A stretch of DNA of 63,993 nt, filler included, from Gonapodya sp. JEL0774 (taxonomy: Eukaryota), in the NCBI GenBank assembly GCA_027604505.1. It is 9 parts of 9 records of this genome, joined end to end, with 100 filler letters (N's around TTAATTAATTAA, not from the genome) between each part and the next. Parts side by side here need not be neighbours in the genome. Positions count along the whole stretch, not along the records: positions 36,066 to 43,158 come from JADIIX010000534.1; positions 43,259 to 50,339 come from JADIIX010000535.1; positions 50,440 to 57,519 come from JADIIX010000536.1; 6 more parts are not named here. One strand, given 5' to 3'. Every line of letters begins with the position of its first letter. The stretch's first letter is position 1. The position numbers and the translations under genes are program-made. Below, piece by piece: positions 39,373 through 51,503 of this stretch. The notes below the pieces were generated by a model. That model saw only the letters and a program-made list of their open reading frames with translations. It had not been told where the DNA came from and did no database searches.

Positions 39373-40780
39373 TCACTGCATATCAATGCCGTGGAATGCA
39401 AGCACCTCGCTCTTGATCCGCTCCCTCTTTGCTAATCCATCAATGTCATCTGCCCCAGCATTATCATTGTCACCACCGCATGCCTCTGCGCCGAACACTT
39501 CGACAAACTCATCCTCCCAATTGTCCTTTAGTCCAAGCAGAATGTTATGCGGGATGCAGCACACGTCTATCCACCTCACTACACCTTCAAAGTCCTCCGG
39601 CTTCCACACGTTATGCCGCAACCCCTGGAGTGACTGGAATTGTCCCTTCCGCTGCCTGTTGAGGTGTTCACTGCATACACAAACTTCACTGTGGAAGTAG
39701 CCAAAGATCTCATTCAGCTGAATGAGAGACTCTGGCTTCGTGTAAACGTGGACAACTGTGTTGGTGACCTTGTATGCGCTATCAGCGAGCAAATACTGGC
39801 CCAGTGAGAAAAAGAGTCCTGGCTGACAAGCAAGGAGGGTGGATTGATAAACCCGTGCGTCATGAGTGGAAGCCGGGTATCCAATGTGGGAGTATATGAT
39901 ACGCGTTGACGGTAGTGTGACGAGGGTCCCATTGAGGCCATACTCCTTCTTCCGACTGAAGTACAGATGACCTGCAACAGTGGTGTGTAGAACAAGCACT
40001 ACAGTCAAGTGAATTCACATACCATCAAGAGGTGGCTTCCTTTCAAACACCAAAGTGGTCCCGTCGACACATCCAACACAATACTTGAACCCGTACTTCG
40101 CCTCCATGAATGCTGAAATGGCCCTTCGTTCGTCTTCATTGGGCTAGCGGGTATAGGTTTCTTTGAGAGCAAGAATCGCTGTGAAGACGCGCTCTACACA
40201 CAGCAGATTGGTTTTGGGTTACGAGATACAGACTTTGCTTTGACAAACACTCACCTTCGTACAAATCAACAGAGCCTGTCGCAATTCCAGACATTCTACC
40301 CATCTTCTCTGGCCTTGCTCCGTTTCCGTACTCCCGCAATCGCTGAAGTGTTATGAGAAGTTGAAGTTCCACTGGTCGCTGAGGATTGGTGGAATTGTTG
40401 TGGAAAACTGGATGTTCTCGAATTAGGTCTGTGATATGCCAGAAGTGCTCGTGTTGAAGGCGGAAGTCTTTGAGGAAAGCTTCAGGCTCCAATCAATGGA
40501 GGGTAAAGTTCATCCAGCTCCGCCAATGTTGGGCTTTTTCTTGGGGCACCCTGTCCTCCCAATACCTCGTCTTACTCAGTTGAGCATACAGCGGGCCAAC
40601 TGCACTCAGCATGGTGTCAAATACGTCCTGAGGGGCTTCGGCGTTCTCCTGGATGTGGCGGATAAGATTGACGGGGTTGACTGGCCTGTCCATTTCTCGC
40701 ACGAACTTCAGTGTGACCACACCCAAAAGAAAGTTCTCAAGTACGCGGAGGGTCTGCTGTCCCTCCTGAATTGTGGGCAT
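39373..40780 (-). pseudogene. Harbinger DDE transposase (DDE_Tnp_4/HARBI1-like)
   Basis: QRPVELQLLITLQRL..YGNG; CVGCVDGT; YFSRKKEYGLN; STHDARVY; YLLADSAY; SEH...KGQFQSL; premature stops at 40493 (TGA) and ~40144 (TAG). Confidence 0.9.
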
Positions 40781-41302
40781 GACAGCGGGTTTGTTGCAAG
40801 TAAGCTGCTGAACGATTTCTGCTGAGACCCCGAACTTCAGAAGGCCCTCAACTTTGAAACCCCCCCAGCCGAATCCGTCCAAATACCCCTTCCGAATCAA
40901 ACCCTTTCTATTCGGACGACCTATTTGGAATTCTATTCGGACTAACTTTGAAACCCACTAATATAGTGTAAAGCAAAACACAACGTCACAAGACGTTTTC
41001 ATTTCAAAACGAACCCCCATCGAGGATCATAGACCGTCAGAAGACGTTGCGATCACTCATGTTACCAAAACGTCAAAACAACGGAAGTCAGCAACGCACT
41101 GACTTTCCATCGCAAAAAGCGACGGCAAATAGCCATCATCTTTATATAGAATAGTTTTAAAGCTATATCTAAGCGATCGAGTTGTTCAAACTCGAAAAAT
41201 CGTTCAATCACCCACCTGTGTATCACGACCCCATCACACAAAACGGACTGGAAACACCGAGGATAGTTTCAAACACTCAAAAGGGAATATTAAAACAATA
41301 AG

Positions 41303-41734
41303 GTGTCGTTCACTATAGTTCACGATCAGAGAAGGGAAGAAACCTTGGCTCCCGTGATCATCATATTAGAACATCTTCGCCCATCAATTGTCCGTAAACC
41401 CGATACGCCAATGCATAATGCAAGGTCAAAAGGGGTGGACAACAACATGAATAGCAATGGCAAAAGGCGCCAACGCTCCGACTCGCCACAAGACCGTGAC
41501 AGCTGCTCTGCGAAACGCTTCACACAGTACAAGATTCGTAATGGTCATGGATCCTGGCGCGCCAACAAATCAAATGGTCAGTCAAGCTCCGCCAATCTGG
41601 CTCAACCACGTGATAGGGAGACACGCGCCACTGAAACTTGCGAGCAATGTGGCAAGGGTGGACACAGCGCGGCAAAGTGCCGGACTAGCTGGGAAAATAT
41701 CAACCGAAACTCTAAAGAGTCTGGTTCGAAGTAA
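41303..41734 (+). mobile_element. gag-like remnant with CCHC zinc knuckle
   Basis: CEQCGKGGHSAAKC (CX2CX4HX4C) after a basic/polar region; no pol detected. Confidence 0.55.
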
Positions 41735-42039
41735 GTAGATGGTACTACATAATGGAGTACTTCTACCAAAACTTGTAATAGCGCAAATGCTATAATAATA
41801 CCCATTACTTTATCAATTGTAATCGGTATAACGCAGGAAGCACAACCTGTATGAGAGTCAGCAAAAAGCTGGTCAGAGCATTCGCAAAACCCTGTTCCAC
41901 ATGATCAGATCAAATCACAGGTCGCAACCCGACTTTGACTCGCTTCAACTCATTTCTTAACGGTGAAACCAGTAACATGCAATATATACATTTCACAAAG
42001 AAATTGCGCGTGACATGCCACTGCCGTATTTGAAAAGTT

Positions 42040-43158
42040 GGGTGCCAAATCCACACAACGCTCATCCGATAATGTGTGGCCCATGAGTTGATACACCGCA
42101 GTATCACAATTCTATGAAAACTGTTTGTCATTCACTGTTCAAGCGACTCATAAGTCACATGGGGGTGAAGTCTGTGTCATCCTATCAGCCCCACAGAATA
42201 ATTCACTAAAACCCAGAAAGGTGTTCAAACACCTCCAAAATTTAAACATGACATCTTCCCAATGTCTTGAACGTTTCCTGAAATTCCCCCACCATCTGGG
42301 CTTCAGGGGGGTCCGACAATTGTAAGGTGCGTCAGAGGTGCACACGCGCGACTGTGCCACAGTACTGTCTCTCACCCAAAACGTTCGCAAAACTCACTGA
42401 CAACTTACATATGTACAACAAATTAAATACCGAAATAATATTTTATATATTCTTCAATGCTCAAGCATTGTATTTCCTCATATCCAGAAGAGGAGCCAGT
42501 GCCACAAAGATGGGCTCACAGACTATACTAAGTGTCACAATGTGGGAACACACTTAACCTGCAGACACTCTCCAAGGGTGCTAAGCTCGAAATGCATAGC
42601 GCACATTTCCTGTAGATTGCCCCTGGGTCCACGCATCGAACGTGTGCTGCTAAGGACATGGCAACAGCTAGGCGAGATCAGCTGGCAGGTGATGACAAAT
42701 CTACCAGCGTGATTACCAAAGCCAGAAGGCTGTTCCTGGAGCACCACAAGACGAGAATGAAGGGCGGAGGTAGTGATTTGCATGGTCTGATCCAGTTGTA
42801 TCATACGCAAAGCAGAAACAGAGGCACTTGGAAGATGAGGATCAACTTGCTCTATATCGTGATGGTGATCTGAGTCCTCGTAAACCTGACCCCATGGACT
42901 TTTGGAGGGTGAGTACTCAGTTTGCAAACAAATTGATCATGTTTGTTGTTTGCTATATATTCTCTTTAATGTCAAGAATGACCACGAGGTGCGCAAACTC
43001 CAAGACCTTGCACAGATGGCATGTGATTATCTGTGCATCCCTGCTACAAGTGTCCCCTCCGAGAGGCTTTTCTCATCTTCTTCCTCTGTTGTCACAAAGA
43101 AAAGGAGTAGTTTAAAACCAGAGAATATTAGGAAGCTTGTCCTGTTGGGTGACTGGTG
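42040..43158 (+). pseudogene. Degenerate hAT transposase (C-terminal dimerisation domain), cut by contig end
   Basis: CVAH-like motif near 42073; DQLALY...DPMDFWR...LAQMACDYLCIPATSVPSERLFSSS...KRSSLKPENIRKLV. Confidence 0.85.
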
Positions 43159-43258
43159 NNNNNNNNNNNNNNNNNNNNNNNNNNNNNNNNNNNNNNNNNN
43201 NNTTAATTAATTAANNNNNNNNNNNNNNNNNNNNNNNNNNNNNNNNNNNNNNNNNNNN
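43159..43258. other. Artificial contig spacer
   Basis: N44-TTAATTAATTAA-N44. Confidence 0.98.
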
Positions 43259-43333
43259 TCTACGTTCGCCGCACACGTTCGTGTACGTGCTGACACAGGC
43301 CCGGTTCCCTTTCGTATGCGCGTTTTTATTCAG

Positions 43334-44609
43334 GCGATCAAATTGGCGACGTCGGTGCTCAAGCGCTTGCGGTGGCGCTCAAGGCGAACACGACCCTTAC
43401 GAGCCTGATGTTCCGTTGTGAGTAGAAAGACTGGAATAAGGAGTGGGAGGCACTGGTGAAATCGCCCTTATTTTGTGTAGGTGCTATACTGATTGATATT
43501 CGGTTGTTGTTTCAGGCCCAGCAGTCAGTGACTCTCAAAAATCGGCACTGCGTACTTTGGGAAGCTCCAGACGGAAAATTGTTGTCCCCTAATCTGTTAA
43601 CCGATATGAAATACAATGCAGGAATCATTTGCGATTGTCCACCTTGTTTCCATGATAGTGGACGTGATAGTGGACACGAAGTTTCCTTGGAACATGTTCT
43701 GGGGGAGCATTACCCAACTGATGTCCCACACAACACATATATCGCACTTGATAATACATCAGTTGTCAGATAGCGGTACCATATGGTTACACTGGGACTA
43801 TTCGAATTTTATGGAATTGGGTCATCGTTCGTTGTCGGAAATTCTCAAATATCCTGCGCGTCCTAACTCATCCCATCGTATCCAGAATGAACTTTTCGAA
43901 CAGTTTCCATGTCTTCATCCCATCCACCCAGGATGAGGTATTCGAAAAGTTTCCAAATCTTCATCCTCATCTTATCCACACATAGAGATTTTGAAAAAAG
44001 GTGCCTACCAATCGATCCCATAACGATTCATGACTGATGCTCCATCGCGATGCGGTCGTTGCAACGCAACCACCCACTCCAGTGCGCGAAGCAATCTCTG
44101 CCCACACTTCAACTCACGGAAGCATCACACTATTCTGCCATAAGCGAGTAGTCACTAAAGTTTGGTTCTGGGTCCAGTGACGATATCATCTCAGAGTGGC
44201 AAGAAGAAGAAGCAGCAGTTCCAGTTGGGCAACCGGAGCGTTGCTCTCGATGGAACGACGCCGCTACTTACCCTGCCTGACGGGAAATCTTGAAGATCGC
44301 ATTTCTACTATATACTCTGCTGGTGAGGGCACGGTGGACCAAACGTACAGCACATATGCGAATGATATGCTGGCATTTGGTTGGGTAATGTTGGAGATTT
44401 GGTCACTCTCGCGGGTATCAGGGAATAAGCAGATACCAGCACCAGTAGCAGAACTCATGGTGGAAGACGATAGCATCTTCTCTGATATGCCGCCGCAGCT
44501 GCGCGGTGTCATGATGAAATTTTTGAATCTTCGTCGTGGAGGGCAGACAGTTGTAGGAATTGGGCTCAAGGATGCTGTGATTACCATCGATGATTGTTTG
44601 GTGAGGTAG
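43334..44609 (+). pseudogene. RNI-like LRR exon followed by degenerate protein-kinase-like sequence (partial)
   Basis: 84-bp exon 43334-43417 DQIGDVGAQALAVALKANTTLTSL; kinase-like remnants FMELGHRSLSEIL, GT..RYLP (frameshifted), TYANDMLAFGWVMLEIWS; stops and frameshifts. Confidence 0.55.
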
Positions 44610-44853
44610 TCTGTACCTCTGTCACTGCAGTTGAAATATTAATACAAACACGTTCTTGTTTGCCCCAGGCCGAACAGACAATGGCGGATGTAAGTGCAAG
44701 TAGCCGGGTCAAAAGAGAATTCAAGAAGCACAAGAACGAAACCAATCCCTCCTATCCTCTGCAACACCACGATGGCCGACGCTGCTACTGCCACACAAGG
44801 AAGTAGCTGAGCAACAGAGACTTCAGGCGCTCGCCGAAGAACGAGCGCGTCGC

Positions 44854-45675
44854 GTGGGAACACCCCGGCAACTTACAACTCAAGAAAAGACGTTACCTGC
44901 GGTGTTGCAAGATGCACTTCTGCAACTGTACAATGGGGCACCACAAAAGCTGGACCTGAGGGGTAAGTTAACACTTGATCGTGCTGAGGGTACTTGCCTA
45001 CCACTTTTACTTCCCATTTTTCCTCACTTATCACCTTCCATCCTTCCCCTGTCCCCACGTTCCACGTGTACTTTCCCTCACTTTCTACTTTCGAACAATC
45101 ATCTTTCCCATATCTCCTACGCTCTCACGTCCCCCATGTTCTCACGTTCACTTCGTGCCGCCGGCCCCTTCGAAAAGGACATGATACAGGGAACCATATC
45201 GGCGCTGAAGGTGCCAAGGCGCTTGCCGAGGCGCTCAAAGGCATCACCACGCTGACAAGTCTGGACCTGACACGTGAGCGTCCTGATGTGTGTTTGTTGG
45301 GACACGTGGACGCCCGAATCAAGGTCATATGTTCACTCTTGCCCTCACTGGTGCCGCTGGTCCCTTCGAACATGACACGACACAGACAACAAGATCGGCT
45401 CTGACGGTGCCAAGGCGCTTGCCGAGGCGCTCAAGGTCAACACGACACTGACGTGGCTGTATGTCAGGGGTGAGTGTCCTGATGTCTGGAAGTGTGTTTG
45501 CAAGGCCGAATCAAGGTCATGTGGGCATGTTTGTTTGCTTCCCCTTCCGTCCCACTTACCACGTCATCCACCACGCGCGTGAATCGACGAACCGACAAAC
45601 ACAGACAACATCACTGACTCGGGGAAAGCGTCACTCAGTGCCCTTGCGAATTCCGGGCGCATAATCAAGGTGTAA
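44854..45675 (+). CDS. Small RNI-like (NLRC3/LRR_6-type) leucine-rich repeat protein; 5' end unresolved
   Basis: Exons ...QKLDLR | 45190-45273 GNHIGAEGAKALAEALKGITTLTSLDLT | 45386-45469 NKIGSDGAKALAEALKVNTTLTWLYVR | DNITDSGKASL...*. Confidence 0.75.
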
Positions 45676-46342
45676 AGCTCCAAGTCCACCTTGTGTAATG
45701 TCTTTTTGGCCGGCCTGTGCTTTAGGCTTTTTCAGTTTGGGCTTATCGATAGCAGGATAGAAGGATAACAGGATAACAGGATAAGTTGGGATCACTCAAT
45801 AGACTCGACAAAATAGTAGTAAGGAAGTAGCGGTAGTGTCGCGTGATGCAAATGTCGTCACCCGTGTTTTATATGGTAAATGCGCCATTTATGCAGTCGT
45901 TTTGGCTATTATAGAAGTGTTTGTGGGTGAGTCATGGAGAGAGTTGGGCCGCTGTAAATCGTCTTATCCTGCTGTCCTGGAAATCCCGGCAAACTGGGCA
46001 TAGCACCGAATTGTAGCGCAAAGGCATACGGTGGAAGAAGGTTCCAGAACCTTCCATGTGGTTTTGAGACCTCCGAAAGGGTTGAATATCCAACAAGAAA
46101 CGCGGATATTGGATCAAAGCCACACCTTTTCCCAGTGCCTGTGTGAGACCGCGTTCGGGGAGGTTTGTGTTCACGAAGCATGCCAGGATCTTTTTCTCCC
46201 GTGAGTCACCTTCAATGGATTTACCTCAACAGATTGCTTTTCTTCTGAGAGAGAAACTCCTTGACTACGTTCTTGGAACATATCGTGATGCATTTTATGC
46301 CAATGGTATCACCACTCTGTCAGCTTCAGGAGGCTCTGAGAC

Positions 46343-48010
46343 ATGTCAAGTGAGTCATCAAGTGATTCTGCGTCCTCCGAAAGTGGAATGTCGGGAATCG
46401 CGCACTCTTTCCAAAAAGTCATCTGCCGAACACGCCCGAAGCGAACAACTCGACCTTATCCGCAGAACATGGTCCCGAAAAAGCCGCTCTCTCTTATTGA
46501 CCTACCACTGGAGATCCTTTGGAACAACATCGTTCCTCGTTTGGATCCGAAAACCATCTATGGTACATTGCCTAAAATATCTCGCGGCTACCACGCCACG
46601 TTCAGCGAACATCCAACGGTCAAAAATCGGATCCCTTGCTTTTATGACATTCTATTCGCCAATCACGAAGGACCGGAAGGACGACCGGATGCGGATGTCC
46701 CCCGCGGTTCGAATTGCATGGATTCACTGCATTTCCTGGAGAAACAGCGGCTCTCAAACCCAGCACACAATTCGATTACACCTCTGTACCTATTGAAGAA
46801 CTGAGAAGAATGGGATATGCAACGTTACCAGAACACCAATCTCGAACTTGGGCCAATCTTCTTCACGTTCCACATGAACCGGTACCTCACCCCTCCATTC
46901 CCGCCACTATTCTTCCGTCCGGAATCAAGGCTCGAATTTGCGTTGGAACTTACGCGAAGGTGCGGGTGAGGTGGAACTGGTCTAACTTCGAGCGCCTGCC
47001 AGTACTCACGGCAAAGGATGAGCTGGACTATCTGGAACGGCCAGCAAGGTTCATCACAGACTTTATCGAGCGCAAAACCGGTATGGCCATTGTCGCAGTC
47101 CCGCGAGAACTTGAGTTGTGGAGAGCGAGTCCGTACATGACCGCCCAGCAAATCGCCCAACACCTTCGGTTCCCGATGGTCACAACGAACTACTGAGTGG
47201 ACATGCGAGTACAGAGCAAGCGAATGGAGGACATCAGCAATGTTCTTGGCCCTCGAATACTGCACCATGATCCTGAACTACTTCCGGATGCACGTAATTT
47301 CGACCTTTCCCGGTGGCATGACCTCGAGGAAGTATATATAGACCGAGGAATCACTTATGAGTGAGTAGTCGGTCTATTTCGTTGGACACACTGTTGAAGA
47401 ACCGTAACCGTCTTCGCAGAACCGATGTGATGGGTACTCTCGCCCATCTCACCGGCTTGGAGACATTGCTGTACCCAAACTGGTATCGACCGACCTTCTC
47501 CCTCCAGAGTTTGACGACTTCCACGCACTCCCGGCATCAATCACCAGCCTCAACCACTTCGGCCCCGTCTACGTCGTCCCTGATCGATTCAACGGATTCA
47601 TTCATAGAGCGAGAAGCCCCGAAGTCCAGAAGGCATATCGGCGATTGCACACTATATCGGCAGCGGTAGATAAAGAGCATGTGGGAACTTTCTGGAGTGA
47701 CATGTGCGAGGCGTTTCCGAAAGCAAGGAGAGTTTCTATCCTTCTCGAGGGTTTCATATATATGTGGGCGTTATGTGGAGCTCGACGAATGCGTGCTGCT
47801 GTGAATGAGCTGGTGGCGGCCTTGAAGGCACTTGTGGCGACTGCCGGGCCTACCGTGAGGCGTGTAGAACTCCACATAAGGGTACAGTGCAAATCATCGG
47901 ACTGGTTCACCATTTGGCTACGGAACACTGCGAGGCGAGGATTGAAAGTGTCATTGGGCAAGAAATATTCTGGGTCCCCTTACGATATTTACGTTGATCG
48001 TGATATGTGA
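46343..48010 (+). pseudogene. F-box protein pseudogene
   Basis: LSLIDLPLEILWNNIVPRLDPKTIYGTLPKISRGY; downstream coding-like sequence is split over several frames with in-frame TGA at 47194. Confidence 0.7.
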
Positions 48011-48284
48011 AATACACATTCTAAAGCGGGATCGTGCAAGGCATGTCTGACAAGAGTACATTCTGCGTGCAAGGTGGAGAACGTGAATAGGCCGGTTTGC
48101 TAAAACCCCAACGCGATGAAGACAAATGCGGTAGAGTATTCTCCGAGGTGGAGATGGCACAAATAAATTCTTTGTCATTACCAACACACATCACTGTAAC
48201 AACTAATTGAAGAGGTCTCATCTCCTTGGAGTCGAACAGCACTACACAATAATAACAACGGGATGATGGAGCTCCGCTGCTGGC

Positions 48285-50339
48285 CTAGGCATTGCGTTCG
48301 AAGAAGCCACGAATCCTGGTACTCGGCGCACTTGGTACATGTGTTGGAAGCGAATTCCCACCAAATGGCGGTGGAGTTTGAGGAGGGCTGATGAAACTCC
48401 GACTCTCTACCGCAGTTCCTGATATTGTATTCTGTATTGCTCCTCGAACATCCAGAATTGTCATGGATGAGGAAATAGATCGTGGTGTGAAGTTACGAGA
48501 CTGAACCTGAGCTTCCATATACGATGCACCACGTGGTTGTATTCTCGATGGCGCAAAACTGTTCAAAGTATCCGAAGAACTGTCGGTGACGCAATCATAT
48601 GGAAAAACGCCGCTATCACCGGTGGAGATTTTCATACCCTGCATGAAGAAACCAGAATTCTTTCATTGGTTTGTGCACATTGCTTTGCACCATCGTTTGC
48701 TCACCCTCGCCCACCCATCTGCATACAACAATGCAACAAACACTGTATCTCCAACAGAGAGTGAGAGCTCATCTGTATCCGATGCCTCAAAATGGGCAAT
48801 ACAACGAAGGCTTTTTCCAATTGGAGTAGGTGGCGGTCGAAGCTTGATCACCTCCTGTCGCAAGCTTGATATTATGTCATCTTTGACTTGTAGATCCAAT
48901 TGGAGACTAGTTTGAATTTCTTGTAGCTTCTGCTCTGCTGCATCCTTTGCTATCGTGAACTGCATTATTGTTTGCTCCAATCCAGCAACCTGTTCTCGAT
49001 GGGTTTCAAGCAGTTTGGCCTTCTCTTGGGCGAGAGAATCCGCTCTTCGCTGAGCCCTTTCAACATTCTGTTCCGCTATTTGCAATTTTCGGGCTGATTG
49101 TTGTTGCATCCTTGCGGAATTCTCTTCTGCAGTTGCGAGCTGCTCCTTGAGTCTTTCGATGGTCTTCTGCAGGTCAGCAACCTGTTCTCGATGGGTTTCA
49201 AGCAGTTTGGCCTTCTCTTGGGCGAGAGAATCCGCTCTTCGCTGAGCCCTTTCAACATTCTGTTCCGCTATTTGCAATTTTCGGGCTGATTGTTGTTGCA
49301 TCCTTGCGGAATTCTCTTCTGCAGTTGCGAGCTGCTCCTTGAGTCTTTCGATGGTCTTCTGCAGGTCGGCAACAGATATCGTTGGGGTGCGTGCTGGGGA
49401 GTTCTCGACGTAGATCCCTGAGTGCTTTGAGAGTTTATGAAGTTGAGGACAGAAAAGACTCTTTTGAACTCTGCTGCACATACATCCTTTCCGCCAGAAT
49501 TTACAAGACAGTGTTCACAGTTTAGAGGAAAAGTTAGAACGTGAACCAAATCAATCAGACGCTCACATGCTTATATGGAAGTAACATAAAATGGCAATAT
49601 TATTAGCCCATAACTGCAAGTCAGATACTTTTGAAACTCACCTCCTACTCCCCAGAAAACAAACAGTAAAATAATGAGATTTGTTGAAAACATAAAACAC
49701 TTAAAGGGCTTACTCCCTGGTGAGGAACAAATCAGAGTTCGCACTATGGTAGAACACATTCGATTTTCATAATAATACTCATACGATCTTCAAAATGTCA
49801 TTTCCCACAAGTACCGTGGAGGGTGCAAACATCAGGTTACCAACTCGTTAGGATTTCTTGACTTTGCTGCTCACATGCTTCTCAAAAGAACAACGTTGGT
49901 AATAACAAACTGAATGCATTTCTACATGACACTTACACCCTGAGTTTAAAGAGCATGAATTCCGAAGTAAGACAAAGTTAGAACAGTTTATGCAGTGATT
50001 ATGGCACGTTTACCTTCTAAAATATCAAGGGGGTCACATAGAATCACAAACTTACAAATTAAAATAACTTACTTCCTGAGCGAACAATGACAGTATTTGA
50101 GATGTTATGATCACAAAGACAAAGCCAACATAACACTGTTCACAAGTACAAAATCACCTTCTACACAGAAGTGGCAATTAAATGGTTGTCGGTATCAAAA
50201 CATAATGACTTACGTTCTAAACATGTGTATCAACAATGCAGAAAACAAATGATTTTAGACGCAAATTGGCTTCAAATGTTGAACGCATCCACCAACACAC
50301 TGTGAATTTCGAACAATATAAAAATGCCATAAAAATTTT
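48285..50339 (-). CDS. Partial coiled-coil + SH3 protein with micro-exon-rich 5' part
   Basis: SH3 CIAHFEASDTDELSLSVGDTVFVALLYADGWAR|GMKISTGDSGVFPYDCV; 64-aa coiled-coil repeat; many GTRAG donors upstream. Confidence 0.7.
48983..49366. repeat. Perfect 192-bp tandem duplication (in frame, 64 aa)
   Basis: 48983-49174 identical to 49175-49366. Confidence 0.95.
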
Positions 50340-50439
50340 NNNNNNNNNNNNNNNNNNNNNNNNNNNNNNNNNNNNNNNNNNNNTTAATTAATTAANNNNN
50401 NNNNNNNNNNNNNNNNNNNNNNNNNNNNNNNNNNNNNNN
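50340..50439. other. Artificial contig spacer
   Basis: N44-TTAATTAATTAA-N44. Confidence 0.98.
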
Positions 50440-50690
50440 TTGGTACAAAGCTGGATTTATGTAAAACTGAAATTTCAGTATAGTGACTCAAAATTGACTC
50501 GAAATTGACTCGACTCGACTAACATTTTGCTGTCTTGGCTCGAATCGAACTTGACTCGATGCAGTTTGAAATCAAATCGAACTCGACTCGGGTTCCTCTA
50601 ACTCGACCTTGGCTCGACTCGAGGACCTCCAAAATTGGCTCAGCTCGACTTCTCTGGGCTCAACTCGACTCGACTCGACTCGTAGATGCT
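50440..50690. mobile_element. Terminus of a DNA transposon (hAT-like) with dense GACTC/CTCGA subterminal repeats
   Basis: More than 15 CTCGA-type pentamers ending ...ACTCGACTCGACTCGTAGATGCT, then an abrupt switch to coding sequence. Confidence 0.6.
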
Positions 50691-50872
50691 TTACTTCCGC
50701 GGTTTGGACAGGCCATTTCTACGCGTACGTGCGGGTTCCTGTGGCCGGTGGGGAAGGCGCCTGCGACGACGTGTGGGTGTACGCAAGCGATACAAAAGTA
50801 CGCTATGCAGGGTGGGATGAGGTGAGCAGGGCACAGGCGTATTTGTTCTTTTACGAGAGGGTGGATGACTAA
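50691..50872 (+). pseudogene. C-terminal His-box fragment of a ubiquitin-specific protease (USP/C19)
   Basis: GHFYAYVR...WVYASDTKV...EVSRAQAYLFFYER. Confidence 0.8.
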
Positions 50873-51503
50873 GCTGTTGGGGGTGTGTGATTGGCACCTG
50901 GCGCAAGCACACTCTTCCAACTGTGGGTACAAACTCTCACAATAATTGCGTAAGACGAAATGCGATTGCGTGCAGGTTGTGGGGACTCCTGTATAAAATA
51001 ATATTAGCAGAATCCCACACAACCTTGATCGTTCACCTTCTACGCCTCCCAGACTCTCCACGTCTGCATTTGCTTTGCCTTCGTTTTCTTTGTGATGTCT
51101 AACTTTCCCAGTTTCTTGCTCCCCTCCGTCTTCCCGTGAGACGTAACCAGCGCTCCAGCTCCCGCTTCCTCTGAGGGCGCTAAGCACTTTCCACAAGCGT
51201 GGGGCTGGCCCCATTCCCAGCCAAACGTGATTCAGATGAGGAGGTGCACCATCTTGGAAGGGACGAAGTTTCGCTGAGCAAAAGCGAAGCAGGGTTTCAT
51301 TCTTTTGATTTTAAGAAGTGAAGGGGGTCATGCGAGCTGCTCGGCAAAGGTTGCCGTGCCCCACTCGGGTCGGGGAAAACTCACAAAGAGGGGTGAGTCG
51401 ATGGTTTGTATTTTGCGACACACAAAGTGTGTGGCAAAATCGCGGTTGTGTGCACGGCCTGGTGCACATAGTGAAAAACAATAGAGACCTCCCCACTCGG
51501 TCG

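Larger units (their letters stand above)
37653..40960. mobile_element. Full-length PIF/Harbinger (PHIS) DNA transposon, decayed
   Basis: ~38-bp imperfect TIRs TAGTGGGTTTCAAAGTT(C/A)GTCCGAATAGAATTCC(G/A)AAT; subterminal CCGAAT repeats; two convergent ORFs (Myb-like and DDE transposase). Confidence 0.92.
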
